Below, one piece after another: positions 31,670 through 41,982 of a DNA stretch of 60,944 nt (its first letter is position 1; each line of letters opens with the position of its first letter). The position numbers and the translations under genes are program-made. The notes beneath the pieces were generated by a model. It did not search any database. It had not been told where the DNA came from and saw only the letters and a program-made list of their open reading frames with translations. Source of the DNA: a virus (taxonomy: Duplodnaviria; Caudoviricetes); the IMG/VR virus record IMGVR_UViG_3300044699_000154, positions 1 through 60,944 of that record; one strand, given 5' to 3'.

Positions 31670-32272
31670 TTACGACCTTACCGCCCTCGACGCGCCAGTT
31701 CGGGCCGCCCGCCTGTGCGCGCGCACGTTCGGCGCCACGTTGCAGCGCGCTCCGGGAGTCGCCGCCCTGCCCGCCCCTCGGCCCCGGCCCGGGTCCGACG
31801 GCGGGGCTCCGGCGGGGGTCGCGGCGAACAGGGCGGGCAGTTTGACCTTCAGCGCCTCGACGGCCGCCTCGACGGCGGCGGCGTCCGAACCCGCGGGACC
31901 TTCACGAGGTCCACGACGAGTTCGGGTGCGGCGCTGCCCGCGGCGCGGAGCGCGCGCTCGACGGCGATCGAGTGCAGCTGCCCGGCGGCCTCGGCCTTCG
32001 CCGCCGCCGCTTCGGCCTGTGCGGTGGCCAGGGCCTCCTGCGTCTTCTGCGCCTCGGTCTTCTCGGCTTCTTCGCGCGCCTTCGCCGCGTCGATCGTCTT
32101 CTTGGCGTCGGCGGGGCTCATGCCGAGTTGTTCGGCGAGCGCCGTTTCGGCGGCGCGGCGCCCTTCGGCCTTCTCCCGGCCGCGATCCGGTCCAGGTCGG
32201 CCTGCGTGAACGTGGCCGCAGGGGGGGCCGGCGGCTCGGGGGCCGGCGGTCCTGGCTGCGGCGTGTGGTCAC
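31670..32272 (-). CDS. Capsid scaffolding protein (indels)
   Basis: TFTQADLDRIAA...AKKTIDAAKAREEAEKTEAQK...AVEALKVKLPALF. Confidence 0.8.
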   Translation of the reverse strand: MTTRRSQDRRPPSRRPPLRPRSRRPTWTGSRPGEGRRAPRRRNGARRTTRHEPRRRQEDDRRGEGARRSREDRGAEDAGGPGHRTGRSGGGEGRGRRAAALDRRRARAPRRGQRRTRTRRGPREGPAGSDAAAVEAAVEALKVKLPALFAATPAGAPPSDPGRGRGAGRAATPGARCNVAPNVRAHRRAARTGASRAVRS

Positions 32273-32281
32273 GATCGAAGA

Positions 32282-33981
32282 TTACACGCCTTGGTCACCG
32301 GGCGGCAGGCCGCCGGCCGGCGGCGCGGGCGCCGGTTCGGGCGGCGGGCCGGACAGGTCGGGCAGGTCGCCGGTGTGCAGCAGGCTCCGCACCGCCTCCT
32401 CGTCGCCGGTGGCGTCCAACAGGCGGACCGCCGCCGCGTAGTCGGCCCGCCGTATCTGCCTGACGAGCTCCTCGGCGTCGCCGACCGGGAAACCGGCTTC
32501 CACCAGCAGGTTGACGCAGAACTCGATGCTGCCGGCCGGCGGGTCGGACGCGCCGCCGAGGATCTTCCGGACCAGGTCCACCGCCGCGGCCTTGTCCTGC
32601 GGCAGGAACGCGCCGAACGTCATCTCCGCCGGCCGTCGGACGCCGGCGCGTCCGGCACGCCGTTGGCCAGCGAGAGGCGGCGGACGAACTTGAACAGGAG
32701 CCGGTACTTCTCGCCTCTGGCCTGCCTCATGTCCTGGCGGATCATCGCCGTGAGCGGGCCGAACCCGAGCGCGAACGCGAAGCCGCTCGGCACCTCGCTC
32801 GGCTTGACCTTGCCCATGACCGCCGCCGGCGTCCGGGCGACCGCGGCCATCCGGTCCTCGAGTCGCGCCGTCTCCGCGTGCAGTGCGACCAGCGCCTGCG
32901 AGGTGTCCAGGACGTCGGCCCGGCCGTCCTGGCCCATGTTCCATACCTCCCCGGCCGGTACGTGGCGACTGGTGCCGAAACTGGCCCCGGAGACGAACAC
33001 GACCGGGTTGGCGGCGGTGACGCCCGCGGCGGCGATGTTGGTGTCGGTCTGCGCGAGGTCGTCGAGAATCTGCGCCACGGCGAACGTGCTGGGGATCCCC
33101 CACCCGTCCCCGTCGTCTATCGAGTTCGGGACGTTTACCAGGGGGATGAAGTCGGTTCCGATCTCCCGGTCCCGGATCTCCCCGTGCTCGTCGGCGGCGT
33201 AGACGGCGGCACTCGGGTCGAGTTCGTCCACGCCGTCGCCCCGGCCCTGTTTCATCTCGAACACGGCGTCGGTGTAATAACACGCCAGCCGGGACGGCCG
33301 GTCGTTCCACGGGTAGGAGCGCGTTCCCCCGTCGTCGGCGGGGCGGAGGTGCCACGTCTTACGGACGATCCGGACCTTCCCCTGTCGTTGCAGTTCCGGG
33401 CTGGTCTCCTCCCACGCGAGGTGCACCTTCGACGGGAACTCCTCGTCACCCGGCTGCGGCGCGGGGAAATAAAAACCGGGCTCGTAGTCCCGCAGCCTCA
33501 CCCGGCCCGCGTCGGGGTCCCACCCGAGCGCGTATATCCCGTTCCCGAGTTTCACGGCGCGGCGTTCGGCCCGGTGCATCTTGATCGGCCCGCGCTCGTC
33601 TTCCCACCACCGCCGGTACCACTCCTGCGCGGCGGCGAGGCCCGGGTCGCCGGGTTCGGTGGGGGTGCCGTCGGCGCCGGGGACGGTGACGGCCTGGCTG
33701 TCGCCGAGGACGGCGGACAGCACGGTCCGGTTGATCAGGTATGCGTCGCCGTACTCGCGGACGTCGCCCTGCTCGCCGGCGAGCGCGGCCCGGTAGCGGC
33801 GGGCGGAGTTGCGGTCGTAGGCCTCCTGGAGGTGGTAGGCGGTGAGGCGGCGTTCGTGTTCCTCGCCGACCCACGTGGGGGGCCGGAACCCGCCGTCGGC
33901 GATGCTGATGCCGTCGCCGAGCGTGGATTTGAAGGCGAGCCAGGACCAGGCGTCGAGGATGAGCTCTCGGACCGCCCGCAT
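32282..33981 (-). CDS. Portal protein (one indel at ~32630)
   Basis: Large ORF after terminase/HNH; GYALGWD-like region, FIPLVNVPN, SGFAFALGFGPL; C-terminus in ORF 32282..33355. Confidence 0.85.
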
Positions 33982-34008
33982 CTGCGCCTCCCTGCCTCTC
34001 GGGACAGG

Positions 34009-34371
34009 TTATCGATCGTCGGCCGCGGTGCGGCGGTTGTACCCGTCCCACGCCAGGGCGCGTTCGCTGCGGGTGCCGCGGCGGGTGGCGAGGACGCCGT
34101 GCTCGAGGAGCTCGTCGAGGAGTTCGTGGGTGGCGTAATGCCCGTTGTCGCAGACGATCGCGAGGTTGTCGCGGTGGGACGTGCCGCCGTGCTCCCTGGG
34201 GAGGATGTGGTGGACGACGAGGCGCAGCGGGGGCGGGTAGTGGTAGCGGTGCAGCCGGCAGCCCCGTATGCCCGTGTCGGCGGTGAGCATGCGCAGGACG
34301 GGGATGGTGGCCGGCTGGCCGTCTTCGTATTCCACGGGTCGGCAGGCTATCGCATCGCCGGTCCGACGCAA
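34009..34371 (-). CDS. HNH endonuclease
   Basis: VVHHILPREHGGTSHRDNLAIVCDNGHYATH. Confidence 0.85.
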   Translation of the reverse strand: MRRTGDAIACRPVEYEDGQPATIPVLRMLTADTGIRGCRLHRYHYPPPLRLVVHHILPREHGGTSHRDNLAIVCDNGHYATHELLDELLEHGVLATRRGTRSERALAWDGYNRRTAADDR

Positions 34372-34574
34372 GATCCAATCTAGTAGCTACAGGGTGGCTA
34401 TCGGACCGATGAAAGCCTTATGGCGTCGGCGGCTTGGTCTCAGGTTGGCGAGAGCCAGGATGCTCTAAACTGTGGGGGTACAAGGCCGTGAAGAGGAGTT
34501 GCCGGAGCGGTGCTGCCAGGCACCGCCCCGGCCTAACACCCTGAAGAGGAGGCGTCGCAACCGATGATACCCGC

Positions 34575-35477
34575 ATGCCCAAATGGGCTGCCAACCTAAT
34601 GCGTACCATCACCGATCCGATGCGCCTCGTGGACGGCGATGCAATCGCACGTCGGCTGTTGGCCCCGGAAAATATTCAGCGATGGCGCCCGGCGAGCATC
34701 GATGTCGGCGCGCATGAAGGACGCGACGTAGAGGTCGGGGCGCTGCGCCGGTCCATCGACCGCGACGGGTTGATCTCCCCGGTCGTCTGTGGCCCCGATA
34801 GAACACTCATCGACGGCTGGCGCAGGATCCTGGCATGGGGCGACAGGGGCGTCATCGACGTCATCGAGGTCCACGACCTGGCCGAAGCGACGGTAGCCCT
34901 TAAATCCATGTGCGACCGAGAGCGGGCGGAACAGCGGGGGTTAGCCGATCTTATCTTCAAATGCGATCTGCTCCAGGGTCTACCGAGGCCGAAGTCGATC
35001 GATGTCTCGAAAATCCCCCGGGCAAGTCATTATGTTACCGACGTCGGGTCTTTCGTGAGTAATGCGGTCGGCATCCCCAGGTCAAAGTATTATGCGTATT
35101 GTCGGCTGCGCAGCATGGCGCATGGGACCGGCATCCCGGAGGCGGCAAGAGAGCTCGCTCGCCAAAAGATGGCGGAGGCGACTGCGGAGCAATGGGGAGA
35201 AAACAGGCTGAAGAGGGCCATCGGCGCGGTTAAGGCCGCAGCCGATGGAGATACGCCGCCCACGGAAACAGGTGGCATGCAACGCCGAAAACCTGCCGAC
35301 ATGAAATGGCTGCCGAAGGCTGTCTACAGTATCGGCGGCCTCACCGAGGCACTCGTCTTCACCTCACCCATTTCCGGCCTGCCGTCCGAGACGCGTGAAG
35401 AGATGATCGCGGTACTCGGTGCGACGGCGGGCAGGATCGACGACCTCCGGCAGAAACTGGAAGAGGGACGGCCATGA
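34575..35477 (+). CDS. ParB N-terminal-domain protein with HTH-like region
   Basis: LRRSIDRDGLISPVVC...LIDGWRRILA (ParB box II-like); VSNAVGIPRSKYY HTH-like. Confidence 0.8.
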   Translation: MPKWAANLMRTITDPMRLVDGDAIARRLLAPENIQRWRPASIDVGAHEGRDVEVGALRRSIDRDGLISPVVCGPDRTLIDGWRRILAWGDRGVIDVIEVHDLAEATVALKSMCDRERAEQRGLADLIFKCDLLQGLPRPKSIDVSKIPRASHYVTDVGSFVSNAVGIPRSKYYAYCRLRSMAHGTGIPEAARELARQKMAEATAEQWGENRLKRAIGAVKAAADGDTPPTETGGMQRRKPADMKWLPKAVYSIGGLTEALVFTSPISGLPSETREEMIAVLGATAGRIDDLRQKLEEGRP

Positions 35478-36280
35478 CGGGCGCAGACTACCCGGAACCG
35501 AAAATCGAGATGCTGGCGGTCGGCTCGATAGCGACCGACCACCAAGTCCAGAGGCACCAAAGTCGCTCGCACATAGAGAAGATCAAGAGCGGCTACAGGC
35601 GCGACGGCATCGGAATCTTAACGCTGAGCCGAAGGGAGGACGGCACGCTCTGGTACATCGATGGCCAGCACCGCGGAACTGCGATGTTCGAACTCGGGCT
35701 GAGTTCCGAGCTCGTGACGTGCGAAGTCTACGAAGGCCTCACTCTCGCCCAAGAGGGTGAACTATTCCTCAAGCTGAACAACTCGAAGAACGTCAGCATC
35801 GTAGACAAGTTCCGCGTACGCGTAACCACCGGGGACCCGGTCGCCGTCGACATGGCGAGAATAGCGGGAAACCACGGACTGAAGATAACCGGCGCATCGG
35901 GCGAGGGCCAGATAGCGGCGATCGCGGCGGCGGAAAGCGTCTACACCGGGCAAGTGGCGGGGAAGAATGGAAGCTACCAGGCGGTTTTCGCCATGACTCT
36001 CTCCGTGCTCATCGAAGCTTTCGGCAGGGAACCGGACGCCATGAGCGGCCAGCTCGTCAGGGGTGTCGGGCTCTTCATCCATAAGTACGGCAAGGTGGTT
36101 GTGCAAAACGGACTCGCGAAGAAGATAGCATCGCATCCGGGCGGCGCCGAAGGGCTCATCGGAGCGGGAAAGAACAATAACTTCAGGCATCGACTGGGTG
36201 GCGTCCACAAAGGAATCTGCTTCGCCGTACTGGACGACTACAACAGGGGCAGGCGGAAAGATACGCTACCCGCCGCTTGA
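35474..36280 (+). CDS. DGQHR-motif ParB-superfamily protein (DUF6551-like)
   Basis: VQR...IGILTLSRREDGTLWYIDGQHR...EGELFLKLN; ATGA-coupled to the ParB gene. Confidence 0.8.
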   Translation: MTGADYPEPKIEMLAVGSIATDHQVQRHQSRSHIEKIKSGYRRDGIGILTLSRREDGTLWYIDGQHRGTAMFELGLSSELVTCEVYEGLTLAQEGELFLKLNNSKNVSIVDKFRVRVTTGDPVAVDMARIAGNHGLKITGASGEGQIAAIAAAESVYTGQVAGKNGSYQAVFAMTLSVLIEAFGREPDAMSGQLVRGVGLFIHKYGKVVVQNGLAKKIASHPGGAEGLIGAGKNNNFRHRLGGVHKGICFAVLDDYNRGRRKDTLPAA

Positions 36281-36309
36281 CGGGAAGCACCTGATGCGCG
36301 CGAGCGATC

Positions 36310-37854
36310 TTACCGCCGGGAGAGCCGCCGGTCCTCGACCTGCCGCCGCTGCACGATCGCCCCCAGCCCGAGCAGATGCGTCAGCACCGTCACGTTGGCG
36401 TCCAGCCGGTCGGGAGAGTCGTCCTCGCCCGCCCAGGTGCACATCTCGTTCTCGAGTTTCGGCAGGCCCGGGGCCAGATGCCACACGGTGCCGCCGGTCG
36501 TCTTCTGATCGCCCTCGTAGCGGGCCGCGACCGGTTCGGCGCGGATCCGCTTGTTGTCCCGGGCGTGCACGGAGACGATCGGCGGGCACGCCCGCCCGTG
36601 CGTGCGTCCCTCCGACGCGAGCTGCCGCCACGCGATCCGGATGGTCTGGGCGCACATCTCGCCACCCTGGTTCGCCTCGACCACCACGACGTGCGCCCCC
36701 CAGTCGAGGACGGCGAGGCACACGGCGCGACCCCAGCCGGCGGGGGTGTCGTGCACGGTCCTGTCGTCGAGGACCACGGCGTGGTCGGAACGCTCGCCGG
36801 CCAGCCGCCCGGCCACGATGATGCCGGTGTTGTCGGCCTGCTCGCCGGAGGTGACGGCCGGGTCGACGCCCACGCCGATGAGCGCGATCGGCCCGTGCTG
36901 GGCGGGGGTGCACCACTTGTACCAGGCCCGTTTGATGATGACGCCTTCGGCCGTGCTGGGGCGCTGCTGGAACTGGCACTCCCACACCCGGCCGCCGACG
37001 TTGCGCCTCGTGCGGGCGACCTGTTCGGGGGTGTACCGCTCGGGCCAGAGGATCTGCCCCGGCTTGCGGCCCAACGGGTCGGGCGCGGGCTTCCCCTCCC
37101 GGTCGGTTCCGGTGGCCACCTCGGGGATGTCGACGACTTCCCACTTTTCGGCCTGCTCGCCCGCCTCCTCCATCTCGGCGAGCAGGCGGCCCACGAGGTC
37201 GTCGAGGTGGACGCGCTGCTGTACGACGATCACGGCGGCGCCGGGTTCCAGCCGGGTTAGGGCGGTGGACTGCCACCACTCCCAGCAGGTCTCTCGGATG
37301 GTCTTGGAGTCGGCCTCCTTGCCGGCCTTAATCGGGTCGTCTATGAGGAGCAGGTCGGCGCCGCGCCCGGTGAGCGGCCCGCCGGTCCCCAGGGTGAACA
37401 TGCCGCCGCCCGTGGTCAGGTCGAAGCGGTTGGCGGCGTGGCTGCCCCGTTCCAGGGTGAGCCCCAGCCCGGGATGAGTCTTGATCATGTCTCGGACCCA
37501 CCGGCCGTGGCCCTCGGCGAGCTCGGCGCCGTAGGACACGCCGACCACGCGGTGTTTCGGGTGCCGCCGGAGCCACCACAGCGGACCCCAGCGCAGGACG
37601 CGCTCGCTCTTGCCCCGTCGCGGGCTGATGGTGACGATGACGCGGTCGATCTCACCGGCGTCTATGCGCCGGTACACCCGGTCGAGCAGGTCGAGGTGTC
37701 TGCCGGGCCTGACGGCGGGTCCCCACAGCCGGCGGGCGAGGTCGCCGGGGCTGGCGTCGTCGGGGCTCGGCCGCTTAAGCCCGCCCTCGGCGGGTGCCTG
37801 GATCGTGTTCGACAACCATTCCAGCGGGTCCAGAACGGGTGTCGTCAGGCTCAT
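36310..37854 (-). CDS. Terminase large subunit
   Basis: SPRRGKS Walker A, GRGADLLLIDDP Walker B, GVDPA nuclease motif, DSPDRLDA. Confidence 0.95.
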   Translation of the reverse strand: MSLTTPVLDPLEWLSNTIQAPAEGGLKRPSPDDASPGDLARRLWGPAVRPGRHLDLLDRVYRRIDAGEIDRVIVTISPRRGKSERVLRWGPLWWLRRHPKHRVVGVSYGAELAEGHGRWVRDMIKTHPGLGLTLERGSHAANRFDLTTGGGMFTLGTGGPLTGRGADLLLIDDPIKAGKEADSKTIRETCWEWWQSTALTRLEPGAAVIVVQQRVHLDDLVGRLLAEMEEAGEQAEKWEVVDIPEVATGTDREGKPAPDPLGRKPGQILWPERYTPEQVARTRRNVGGRVWECQFQQRPSTAEGVIIKRAWYKWCTPAQHGPIALIGVGVDPAVTSGEQADNTGIIVAGRLAGERSDHAVVLDDRTVHDTPAGWGRAVCLAVLDWGAHVVVVEANQGGEMCAQTIRIAWRQLASEGRTHGRACPPIVSVHARDNKRIRAEPVAARYEGDQKTTGGTVWHLAPGLPKLENEMCTWAGEDDSPDRLDANVTVLTHLLGLGAIVQRRQVEDRRLSRR

Positions 37855-38351
37855 TCGTTCATGATTGCCTGTGGTTCGGCCGTGACCTGCCTGATCTGAT
37901 CTACGATGATCGCCCTTACGTCTGGCGCATCCGGATCATGCCCGAGGGCGGCGAGCACGCCGCGGAGGACCGCGAGGACCCGTTCGCCCCGCATCTGGTT
38001 CGTCATTCGGTCCTGCTCGAGCAGGACGGAGACATGGTTACTGATCGAGGGGAACGTCGACAGCGCCGCCCTGGCCGCGTTGATCCTGACGTTCGGGTTT
38101 TCGTCTTCGAGGGTTCCGTCGAGGGCATCGACTGCGCGGCGAGCGGTATGGCCGAGAGCTATGACCGTCTCGGTGAGAATCTCGCGGCGCGCGGCTTCCA
38201 GTGCGGCGGCGAAGTCCGGTTCTCTACGCCAGTTCCTGATGGTCCTTCCGGCGACACCCACGACTTCGCCTGCCGCTTCGGTCGACATGCCCTGGGCCAA
38301 GGCAACGACCGCTCGCGTGCGTTGATCCTCCATGCTGGAAGATTTTGGCAA
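37851..38351 (-). CDS. Terminase small subunit (HTH)
   Basis: ALAQGMSTEAAGEVVGVAGRTIRNWRREPDF; coupled to the large subunit. Confidence 0.8.
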   Translation of the reverse strand: MPKSSSMEDQRTRAVVALAQGMSTEAAGEVVGVAGRTIRNWRREPDFAAALEAARREILTETVIALGHTARRAVDALDGTLEDENPNVRINAARAALSTFPSISNHVSVLLEQDRMTNQMRGERVLAVLRGVLAALGHDPDAPDVRAIIVDQIRQVTAEPQAIMNE

Positions 38352-38384
38352 TTTTTGGCACTCGGTGGAAACTCCTTCGGTTCA

Positions 38385-38990
38385 TCATGCCCGCCGATCA
38401 ATCGGCGACAGCACCGCCTCGATCTCCTCCGCCGTGTAGACGACCTCGGCGGTGGCGCAGGGCCAGTCCGCCGATCCGTCGCCGACGGGCGGCGAGCAGG
38501 CGTGGCACTCGTAGACCCCGATCTCGGCGTTCCCGCTCTTGACGCGGCCGGCGAGCTGGGGCGCGTGGAGCTCGCGGACCGCCGTCCGCTCGGCGCGCAA
38601 CTTGTCGATCTCTGCGTGCAGGTCGGCGCGGTTGCGGGCGCCGATCGCGGCGCCGGACTGCTCCACGGCCAGATCCGCGGCGAGTCGCCGCACCTCGACC
38701 ACCAACGCGGGGACGTCCGATCTCGCGGCTGCGACGAACTCCCTGTCGGCGTCCTCGCGGACGTACTCCACGACCTGGTCGAGCTCGTGGAACTCGGGAC
38801 CGTGGACCACCGACATGCCGTCGGTCTGCCACGGCCCGTCGGTGGCCGCGTCCGCGCGGGCCTGGATCGCGTCGAGTGCGGCGGCGTCGAGGCTGCTCGT
38901 GTCGCACCCGCGTTCCCGGTCGGTGTGCTCGCCGAGCGCTCGGCGGACGCGGTCGAGCCAGGCGGCGGTGTCGGTCACCTTGTCAGTCAC
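38385..38990 (-). CDS. Ead/Ea22-like protein
   Basis: LDAIQARADAATDGPW...DREFVAAARSDVPALVVEVRRL. Confidence 0.7.
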   Translation of the reverse strand: MTDKVTDTAAWLDRVRRALGEHTDRERGCDTSSLDAAALDAIQARADAATDGPWQTDGMSVVHGPEFHELDQVVEYVREDADREFVAAARSDVPALVVEVRRLAADLAVEQSGAAIGARNRADLHAEIDKLRAERTAVRELHAPQLAGRVKSGNAEIGVYECHACSPPVGDGSADWPCATAEVVYTAEEIEAVLSPIDRRA

Positions 38991-39751
38991 TGCGGGTTTC
39001 CCCCATCTGCTCGTGGGCTATTGCCTGCCTGATTTTCAACATCATCGGAGGGTGGTTTCAAAAATCCCACCTCTTCCGAGACCGCATGCGGTCCGGTAGC
39101 GGTCACGACATGCTCCGGATAGTGCTCGGCGTAGGCCACCCTCAGCGCCTCGTCTCGGCTCATCCCGACGCTGCGGAGCGTGGCGACGGTGTCGAGGTAG
39201 GCACGGAACCGCCGGACCTCCGCCGCGTCGCCCGGGTGGAGCCGGTCCAGTGGGGCGCCGGTCCCGCACCGGCCCGGGGGCATCACGGCCCCACCTCCGC
39301 AGCCTCGTCCGCGGGAGCCCGAGCGCGGCGAGAACCTCCGCGCGTTCTTCCGGGTCTGCGACGCGCCGCCGGACGAGGCGTGCGGCGAGCCTGGCCTCCT
39401 CGGCGCGGCTGGTGGGCGTGCCGGGGGTGGCGAGGTGCTCGGCGGGCGGCAGGTCAGGCATCGGCCCGCGCCGTCGCCTCCGCGACTCCCTCGTCGATGG
39501 AGTAGTCGACCGCGCACAGGTCCACGTCCGCGTACCACCGCGCCGCCAGGTGCGAGCAGACCGCCGGGGCGTACGGGTGCAGGCCCACGTGAACCGCCTC
39601 CCGCGCCTCCGCCTCGTGGGTGGCGCACACCAGGCTGTTGTGGACGTCGAGATCCCAGATCACGTGCGTGACCGCCAGGACGCCGCCAGGGGGGCGGCGG
39701 CGGTCCAGCGTCCGCACACGCCGGGCGGGGCCGCCTCGTCGGGGCAGCCGT

Positions 39752-40105
39752 TCACGCTGCCGCCCGTCGGCGGTCCCGGACGGGCGCCTGCGCGACGTCC
39801 CCCAGGTCCAGCGCGAGCTGGACCGCGGCGGCGACGCGGCCCGGGTGGGCGGCCAGGACGCGGCGGGCGCAGGTCGGACCCATCTTGAGTTCGCGGGAGA
39901 TCGGGTCGGTGAGCCAGGAGATCCGGCCCCGCACGGCGCAGGCTGTACAGCGCACGGGTTCGACTTCTCGTTCCATTTCCATTTCCATTCCTCACCATCC
40001 CGCGTCGCACAGGCACATTTCCGCGTCGCACCCGCGGCAGTCGGGGTTCCACCCGTCGTGCACCCGCCGGACGAGTGCGCGCAGGAGGCGGAGGAGGATG
40101 CTCAT
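39752..40105 (-). CDS. DUF6011-like Zn-finger protein (5' end uncertain)
   Basis: RCTAC...LTDPISRELKMGPTCARR. Confidence 0.6.
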
Positions 40106-40525
40106 TCAGATCGTCCCGAGGTAGCCGAAGTCGGGTAGGGCGTTGATTCCATCCGCTCTCCCCCACAAATGCAACGCGTTGGCGTGGATGTTCACGTGCC
40201 TCCCGGGCGGGGCGAACACCTGGTAAGCCCAGCGATCACCGAAGACGGCGGCGTGCAGGGCCTTCAGTTCGTCGTAGGTGGGCGTCCTGCCGTCCCTGTT
40301 CGCGATCGAGGCGTGCACCCATTCGACGTCCGGGGTCTCCGGGTGCGGGGCGGTCGAGGCGATGACGGAGAGCCCGGATGCCGGGTGGACGAGGGAGACG
40401 TCGTAGGGGATGCCGATGACGCTCATGTCGGCGTGGCGCCATCCGTTGCCGATGTCGCGTTCGAGGCTGCGACGGGCTTTCGCCTCCATTGGGTGCTCGG
40501 CAGTCCTCGCGGTTTTCACGGTCAA
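40106..40525 (-). CDS. DUF7694-like conserved phage protein
   Basis: WVHASIA...TPTYDELKALHAAVFG...YQVFAP...HVNIHANALHLW. Confidence 0.75.
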   Translation of the reverse strand: MTVKTARTAEHPMEAKARRSLERDIGNGWRHADMSVIGIPYDVSLVHPASGLSVIASTAPHPETPDVEWVHASIANRDGRTPTYDELKALHAAVFGDRWAYQVFAPPGRHVNIHANALHLWGRADGINALPDFGYLGTI

Positions 40526-40787
40526 CCTCCGGGTCTGTTGGCGCTCAAGTGCGCGGGTGTCGCCGTGCCCGTCCCGGGCGGGATGTACGTCGCCATCCCG
40601 GGTTTACGCGGGTGTGCGGGGACGGTGACGCCGAGCCGTTGTGCCGCGCGCCGTTGCGCCCTGTTGCCCGTCGGGTCGGGGTCGGCCGGCGGGGGTGCGG
40701 CGTGGCGTTCGCCGCCGCTGCGGCTGCCGTGCCGGCGGGGCTGGCGCCACGGGTCGGCATGGCCGAAACGCAGGCGGCGGGTGGTGC

Positions 40788-40958
40788 TCACCTCGGCTCC
40801 TCGTTCTTGACCACGTATACACCGAGGGCTCCCAGGAGCGAGACGATGACCGTTATGAGATCCCTCGCGGCCGGGTACTGCTCGGGAGTGAGGAATATCG
40901 CCGCGCACGTGAGGGCGGCGGCGATCAGGGCGGTGATGAACTTCCTGTACTTGCTCAC
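40788..40958 (-). CDS. Small two-TM membrane protein, holin-like
   Basis: MSKYRKFITALIAAAL...VIVSLLGALGVYVVKN resembles small actinophage holins. Confidence 0.55.
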   Translation of the reverse strand: MSKYRKFITALIAAALTCAAIFLTPEQYPAARDLITVIVSLLGALGVYVVKNEEPR

Positions 40959-41982
40959 GTCAATCTCGCTTTCGTTTGGTCGTGCATTCGCCGCCGTCCG
41001 CGGCGCTGGCGTCCACCAGTCCGGCGATGTACGCGGCGCGGGCGAGCGCATGGGCCGCGGCCTGCCACGCGTCGACCTCGCCCGCCCGCCGGCCGCCGCC
41101 CTTCGGCTTCGGGCCGACGATCGCCGCCGCGACCGTCCGCCCGCCGAAGCGGGCCTCCCAGTACCAGAGCCGGGTCGGGCGGCCGGTGTCCTCGGCGACG
41201 TGGCGCCGGACGACGATCGGCTGGTCCGTGCCGGCGGCGGCGTCCGCGCGTTCGGTGACCGCCTTCTCGGAGAGCTCCGTGGGTTTGCTCCCGGTGAAGG
41301 CGTGGCAGTTGCCGCAGTAGCCGTGCTTCGCGTCGTCGGGGTGGTGGGACGTCATGCCGCAGTCCGGGCAGGTGAACGATGTCGGCGCGGCGGTATCGGT
41401 CACGATGTCACTCTCGCTTTCGTCTTTGCCTGGCTGGTCAGGTGCCATTTGCGGCACGCCTCGCACTTGTACACGCGTATCGGCCCCTTGCCGCGGTGTG
41501 CGGCCAGCCGGGCTGCGGCACCGAGCGCGCGCTTGCGTTTCCCGTAGCAGACCTTGCGGGCGAGCGGGCAGACCTGCGCGATGTTCTCGCGGCTCACCGC
41601 GCGCCCTCCCGTCTCCACGCCTCCGCGCAGCATTCGACGATCACACGCCTGATCGGGGAGTCGTTGTATTTACCCTGCCATTCCCGGGGCGGGATGAACC
41701 CGTTCCACTGCCGTGGATCGACGAGCTTGTGCGCCCGCGCTATCAGTGCGGCGAGGTCGGGGTGGCGCAGCATGGCGCGTGCTCGGCCCCCGTTGCCCTC
41801 ACCGGCCGCGAACGCGTAGGCCTCGCGTTCGGTCTGGATCGGGACGACGTGCCGCTCGGCGTCGCTTTCCTGCCGTTGTCGGCGACGTTCCGCGATCCTT
41901 TGCAGGTCGATGATGTTGGATGACTGGTAGCCCGGCGGGGGGCCGAGTACGTAGGGGTTGGCTTCGGTCTGGTCGATGGTCG

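Noticed and set aside
34575-36280. Canonical parABS partition system
   Set aside because: No ParA Walker-type ATPase nearby and no clear parS array.
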